Shown: piece by piece, positions 57,166 to 64,000 of the stretch
Layout of the letters: every line of letters begins with the position of its first letter
Position numbering within the stretch: position 1 is the first letter of the stretch
NCBI RefSeq assembly: GCF_009914755.1
Contig: NC_060928.1
DNA: 64,000 nucleotides
Reading direction: 5' to 3' (one strand)
Origin: the human T2T-CHM13v2.0 reference genome, Homo sapiens
Made by a program: the position numbers and the translations under genes
The notes under the pieces: generated by a model
Told to the model about the DNA's origin: nothing
Databases searched by the model: none
Seen by the model: only the letters and a program-made list of their open reading frames with translations

Positions 57166-57427
57166 AAAACCAAACATCACATGTTCTCACTCATAAGTGG
57201 GAGCTGAACAATGAGAATACATGGACACAGGGAGGGGAACAACACAGCAGGGCCTGTTGGGGGATTGCAGGGGTGAGGGGAGAGAGAGCGTTAGGACAAA
57301 TAGCTAATGCATGTGGGGCTTAAAACCTAGGTGACAGGTTGATAGGTGCAGCAAACCACCATGGCACACGTATACCTATGTAAAAAACCTGCACATTGTG
57401 CATGTGTATCCCAGAACCTAAAGTAAA

Positions 57428-57461
<34 letters not shown>

Positions 57462-57464
57462 GAA
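57166..57464 (+). mobile_element. L1PA (about PA8-10) 3' end with (AAT)n tail
   Basis: catgttctcactcataagtgggagctgaacaatgag...; 24 bp TSD agaaagcatttagtctgttctgag. Confidence 0.9.
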
Positions 57465-58156
57465 AGAAAGCATTTAGTCTGTTCTGAGCAAGAGCATTAT
57501 AAGATAGTGGCTGAAGGATCCCTGCTTGGAGATCACTGAGCAGAAAACCAGTCCCTCTTTTATGGCCCTGGGTAGGTATCTAAACATTTATGTCTCAATT
57601 TTCTTATTTGCTGAATGGAGACAATGGTTTTGCTGATCTAAAAGGTTCATTTGTGAGAATTAAATGTGATAAGCACACTAAACAAGTTACACAGGGCCTG
57701 ACACATGTTAAGTACTTTATAGACTTCAGTTATCATTAAGTAATTTTTTTTCCCTGAGAATTTATGGACGCTTCTCAGGTTTTTATCCTCTGTGTGGGTG
57801 TTATTCTAGGTATAAAGATGTAGAATTTCAAACTGTTTTTGGAAATTGAGGTATAATTTATATTCAGTGAAATCCATAGATTGCTATTTCAGCAAATGCA
57901 TATACCTGTGTAAATTCCCATCCCTATTGGGATATCAGACATCTCCATCACTCTAGAGCATTTCTTGCACCTTCCCCAGGGCAACCATCTTCTGATTTTT
58001 ATCACTCTAGATTAATTTTGCCTGTACTAGAACTTCATGTGCATGGAGCCGTGCATAATTGTGCTCTTTTGAGTTGGGCTGTTTTTTAAAAATTCATCCA
58101 TGTCATTTAATGTATTCAGACTGTTTTTTTTTTTTTTTTTTGGTGTATCTTTCCAG

Positions 58157-58269
58157 GACACGTTTGATAGGGAGAGACATAAAGATCCCAGTCCTCGGGA
58201 TCGGGATATGCAACAGTTAGACTCTAATTTGAACTCAACCCGGAGTCAATGCAACCAGGTTCAAGACGA
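58157..58269 (+). CDS. SPATA18: Mieap exon 4 (113 nt); gene continues beyond window
   Basis: poly-T...tctttccag|GAC...GA|gtaaga; DTFDRERHKDPSPRDRDMQQLDSNLNSTRSQCNQVQD(D). Confidence 0.92.
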
Positions 58270-58392
58270 GTAAGAGGAATGCAAGTTATCTTTTTCCAAA
58301 AAGAATTGTTTTCAATTTAATTAAGTTTTAAATTCGAAAGGAGAATAATGGCTCATGTAAAATGTGGGCATTTGCAAATAAGTAATATGATT

Positions 58393-58457
58393 GTGTGTGT
58401 GTCTGTGGGCATGTGTGTATGACAGAGAGAGAGGGAGAGAGAGACAGAGAGAGAGAG
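58393..58457. repeat. (TG)n/(GA)n simple repeat
   Basis: Directly visible. Confidence 0.85.
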
Positions 58458-60211
58458 TCAGTGGTCAGTGTCTGTGGATTTGGGGACAGGATATATTATG
58501 ATACATGGTCCCCTGGTTCCTTCTTTGGAGTTCCTTCTTCATAGGCACATCATCAGCCTATATTGACAAACAGGTAAAGATTGTTAGACAAAAATCTACC
58601 TATTGGGAGAAAAATTTTTAAAAAGATGTGAAAGGGAAAGAATAAAAGAGAGTGAACAATCAGGCAAAGAGGAGAATTAAGAGAAAGACAGCAAAAGTCA
58701 AATGAAGCAGGCTGCATCTATCAGTCCATTATACTCATTTAGGGGTGTATGTGTGCTTCTCTGAATCTGAGAGAGTCAGAGTCTTTTAAGAAAGGAAGAA
58801 TTCAAGATTTTGCAATATCTATTAGGTATAAGAATGTATTTTTTAAAAGTTAAGCAATTCCAGGCAACAACACATATCAGATGCATGTTGTGGGCAGAGC
58901 CAGGGTAGCAAGCTTAGGGAATCACTGCAAAGAAAATTGTATGTGGACTTTGGGTTTGTACTTGAGGCAGGTAGACAAATATGTATGAAACTGTGTTTGA
59001 CATACCTAACAAAAATCCATCAATGGGAATTTCTCCTACCACAGCATTGCTTCATTGCTGACATAAATGGGACAGAAAGGAAATCTTTTTTTAAAAAAAA
59101 TTAATAACTAGTTAAGGCTAGGATGGAATAATGTGTGGTGCTCTGCCTTGTTCCCTGATGACATTTCCATTTTTCTAAGGAAGAAATCTCTATTGATTTA
59201 GTTTTGCCTGATTATAAAAGTAATACAAATTTCTTTCTCAAAATGCATACAACAAATAAAAATTGATGAAAATCACTTGTTTTCTTGTCCCCATTAACAT
59301 TTTGGTATATTTTACTCCAGACATTTTTCTTTGTGCCTGCACCTCCACACATATCCATTCATATTTCCAACTGGAATCATAATCAATGAGCAGTTATATA
59401 CCTGAAGCAGTCAAAATTTATAAATGTAACATGCAAAAAGCATAAAATATATAATTTATTTCAACCAATGTGAGCTCATTTTGAAGGATTCTTCAATAAG
59501 CCACTTCAAGGTCACACAGTCATTTTTGGTTTATCGTAGTCCATTTTCTGTAAACATTCAGCTCATTCCAAGTGCAAACATGCATTAAGAGCTATTTTTG
59601 CCCTCTCATGGGGTCTCCCTTCCCCTCATCCTTTCTAGGGAAGGGATGCTTGTATACTCTCCTGGTGACGGACATGAGGAGTTTTTGGTCTTATACTGCC
59701 CTCTGGGTTCTTGCTGGCCTTAATTTCATGTAGGCACTAGTGTCTCGTGCTGATGGGTCCTGAGTTGTGCATGTCTTGTCTGGGGAGGTATCCTGGGACA
59801 TTAGCTAGCAACGGCTGCAGATGACCCTCCATTTTCCTCTAGTTGTGAGGAAGGGCATCAAAACTTTACTGGTTCTTGATGGCTGTCAGCACCAGTAGGG
59901 GCCAGGGTTTCCCACTTCTCTTTCTTGTTTCAGTGACACTGTTGTTACCTATAAGGGGTACCATAGATCAAGAAACTTAATGCATGCTTTAAAAAAACTT
60001 TTCATTTGAAAATAATTTCAAACACAGCAAATCTGCTAGAATAGCGCTAAACATTTCCATATGCCCTTTCATATGCCTTTTGCCCTATATGCTTTATCAC
60101 GTATGTGTTCCTTCTCTTTCTATATATATATATATATATATTCTCTCCACCAACCATTTGGAAGTTGCATACATGAAGATGCTTGCTGCTTTTCCCTGGT
60201 TTTCTTAGTTT

Positions 60212-61505
60212 CTATTTTTATGTTATTTCAATAGATTTTGGAGAACAAGTGGTATTTGGTTACATGGATAAATTGTTTGGTGGTGATTTCTGAGATTTTG
60301 GTGCACCTGTCACCTGAGCGGTATACACTATAGCCAATATGTAGTCTTTTATCCCTCACCCTCCTCCTTCCTTTCCCTCCAAGTCCCCAAAGTCCATTAT
60401 ATCATTCTTAAGCCTTTGCATCCTCATAGCTTAACTCCCACTTATAAGTGAGAACCATATGGTATTTGGTTTTCCATTCCTGAGTTACTTCACTTAGAAT
60501 AATGGCCTCCAGCTCCATCCAAGTTGCTGCAAAGGCCATTATTTCATTTCATTGTATGGCTGAGCAGTATTCCATGGTGTATATATACCACATTTTCTTT
60601 ATCCACTCCTTGGTTGATGGGCACTTAGGTTGGTTCCATATCTCTGCAATTGCGATTTGTACTGCTATAAACATACATGTGCATGTGTCCTTTTCATAAG
60701 ATGGCTTCTTTTTCTTTGGGCAGGTATGCAGTAGTGGGATTGCTGGATCAAATTGTAGTTCTACTTTTAGTTAAGGAATCTCCACATTGTTTTCAATAGT
60801 GGTTGTACTAGTTTACATTCCTACCAGCTGCATAAAAGTGTTCCCTTTTCTCCACATTTACTCCAACATCTATTGTTTTTTGATTTTTTAGTTATGACAA
60901 TTCTTGCAGGAGTAAGATGGTATTGCATTGTGATTTTAAATTGCATTTCCCTGATAATTAGTGATGCTGAGCATTTTTTTCATATGTGTATTGGCTGTTT
61001 GTGTATCTTCTTTTGAGAATTGTCCATTCATGTCCTTTGCCCACTTTTTAATGGTTTTTTTTCTTGCTGATTTTTTTTTGCGTTCCTTGTAGATTCTGGA
61101 TATTAGTTCTTTGTCAAATGCATAGTTTGTGAATATTTTCTCCCATTCTGTGGGTTGTCTGTTTACTCCGCTGAGCAGAAGTTTATTTTTGTTTCTTTGT
61201 TTCTTCTGCTGTGCAGAAGCTTCTTAGTTTAATTAGGTCCCATTTTATTTATTTTGGTTTTTGTTGCATTTGCTTTTGGGTTCTTAGGCATGAATTCTTT
61301 GCCTAAACCAATATCTAAAAGAGTTTCTGGTGTTATCTTCTAGACTGTTTGTGGTTTCAGCTCTTAGATATAAGTCTTTGATCCATCTTGAGTTGATTTT
61401 TGCATAAGGTGAGAGGTGAGGATCCAGTTTCATCCTTCTACATGTGGTTTGCCAGTTTTCCCAACACCGTTTGTTGAATAGGGTGTCCTTTCTCCACTTT
61501 GTTTA
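60212..61505 (-). mobile_element. L1PB-like 3' portion
   Basis: ggtggtgatttctgagattttggtgcacc, ccattcctgagttacttcacttagaataatgg, antisense ORF2 motifs. Confidence 0.85.
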
Positions 61506-61973
61506 GTTTTAACTCACCTGTAGTTCTTATTCTGTTTTTAAATTTAAGGTATCACTAAAAGAATTTGTTCTCCACATTCTATGGTAGCCAGCTCTCTCTT
61601 CCCTCCCTTACTTTGCCTACTTGTCTCTTAAGCCAGGGTGCTGCCCACGATGGAATGAATGGGCCACCCAAGGAGGTTCCCTATGTCTAACCTTGTAGAG
61701 ACTGCTTTGGTTCTGACTTAGTTCCAAAATGCAAATTCCAATAATTATGGGCAAATGGCCACAAGTCTGCACAGGTTTGATGAACCCCCAAGCAAGGGAA
61801 GATTTTTAGATTTTATGCCTGGATTCTGGTTATGAATCTTGCTTTTCCTCCTCTCCTATATCCAATCTATCAGAATGTCCAATTGAATCTATCGCCTAAA
61901 CTTTCACACTTGCCCCTTTCTTTCTATTCCGCCACCCCTGCCCTGGTTCAATCCTCTGACATCTCTTTCCTGA

Positions 61974-62386
<413 letters not shown>

Positions 62387-62437
62387 ATATCAAATCATCC
62401 TTCTGATTAAAAGCCGTTAGTCTCCTCCTTTTAAAAA

Positions 62438-63312
62438 TATTATATTTTATTTTAAGTTCCGGGATACACGTGCAGGATGTGCAGGTTTGTTATATAGGTA
62501 AACGTGTACCATGGTGGTTTGCTGCACAGATTAACTCATCACCTAGATATTAAGCCCCACATGCATTAGCTATTTATCCTGATGCTCTCCCTTCCCCCAA
62601 CCCCCAACAGAGCCCAGTGTGTATTGTTCCCCTCCCTGTGTCCCTGTGTTCCCGTTGTTCAGCTCCCACTTATGAGTGAGAACATGTGGTGTTTGGTTTT
62701 CTGTTCCTGCGTTAGTTTGCTGAAGATAATGGCTTCTAGCTTCATCCATCTCCATGCAAAGGACATAATCTTATTCCTTTTTTGGCTGCATAGCATTCCA
62801 TGGTGCATATGTACCACATTTTCTTTATTCAGTCCATCATTGATGGGCATTTGGGCTGATTCCATGTCTTTGCTATTGTGAATAGTGCTACAGTAAACAT
62901 ACATGTGCATGTATCAATAATAGAATTATTTATATTCCCTTGGGTATATACCCAGTAATGGGATTGCTGGGTCAAATGGTATTTCGGTTCTAGATCCTTG
63001 AGGAATCACCACACTGTGTTTCACAATGGTTGAACTAATTTATATTTCCACTAACAGTGTGAAAAAGTTCCTATTTCTTTGCAGCCTCGCCAGCATCTGT
63101 TGTTTCTTGACTTTTTAATAATCGCCATTCTGACTAGCATGAGATGGTATCTCATTGTGGCTTTGATTTGCATTTCTCTAATAATCAGTGATGTTGAACT
63201 TGTTTTTATATGTTTGTGGGTCACATAAATGTCTTCTCTTGAGAAGTGTTTGTTCATGTTCTTTGCCCATTTTTTGATGGGGTTGTTTGTTTTTTTCTTT
63301 TAAGTTTGTTTA
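62438..63312 (-). mobile_element. L1PA (about PA8-10) 3' portion
   Basis: Minus ORFs 63051-63257 ([11 protein letters not shown]...[16 protein letters not shown]) and 62659-62910 are ORF2 C-terminal fragments. Confidence 0.9.
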
Positions 63313-64000
63313 AGTATTCTCTTCCCTTTATACTTAGAAAAAATTCTAAATTTCTCACCAGGGCTCTCATAACACCCCTCCTGATCTGGCTGTATTTCTG
63401 CTCCAGTGTCATCTCCTGTCACTTTCCCCTGACCCAGTCTACTGTCTACTTCCTCACTTTGAGGCTTTTGCCTGTGCTCTTCCATTGCCTGAAAGAACTT
63501 TTCAGTCTTCCACTGGCTCTTTGCATGCCTGGCTCTTTATTATCCTCCAAGTCTCAGCTTAAATGTGCCTTTCTCAGAGTCCTTCTGTGACCACCATACG
63601 TTGAAAGGTCTTTCTTCTCTCCTTTAATACTCTTCCATGGTGATCTGCTTTTCTCATAATAGCACTTATGAGAAAAGTTAGAGAGTGAAGTCACAACTGG
63701 GAACTTAAAAAAATAAACTTGCTTGCATATTTATGATCTATCTCCCCAACTAGCCTGGAAGATCCAAAGGGTTACTGTCTTGCATTGCTGAATTGACACT
63801 GTTGTATCCCCAGTACTGAGCATCATGCCTGGCTCATAGTAAGTCCTCAATAATCTGCTCAATGAATGATCAGATATGCAACAAAACATTTAAATAGAAC
63901 GTCAGCCTGATTAAAACAATTGTTAGCATATGGATGTACTTTTCTTTCTTCTTTCTTTATGTCATCCAAGCGTGTGAAATTAGCATGTATGTTTGCTTAT

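Overview
Mammalian, apparently human, genomic DNA from the LRRC66-SGCB-SPATA18 locus, recognised from the translated exons (4q12 from memory). It is not a prokaryotic accessory region. Minus strand: the complete six-exon beta-sarcoglycan gene SGCB (CDS 33+210+186+192+132+204 = 957 nt, 318 aa, all junctions GT-AG and phase 0) with a ~3.2 kb 3' UTR, followed closely by the 5' end of LRRC66 (first coding exon 13056-13551). Plus strand: exons 1-4 of SPATA18/Mieap with a CpG-island promoter and an intronic p53 site. Most of the rest is Alu, L1, L2, MIR, MaLR/ERV and DNA-transposon sequence, and nearly all ORFs in the supplied track are repeat or GC artefacts. I found no evidence for a new multi-gene system. 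The most interesting observations: (1) an antisense L1 3' end that sits in the 3' splice site of SPATA18 exon 3 and now supplies its branch point and pyrimidine tract; (2) a chimeric old AluSg / young AluYa5-like element with an A42 tail; (3) a tailless tRNA-Lys 5'-half retrocopy with target-site duplication (TSD); (4) a ~257 bp locally templated insertion; (5) a latent poison pseudoexon in SGCB intron 2; (6) an LRRC66 promoter region squeezed against the SGCB poly(A) site. All coordinates were counted by eye, and repeat subfamily calls rest on remembered consensus motifs.
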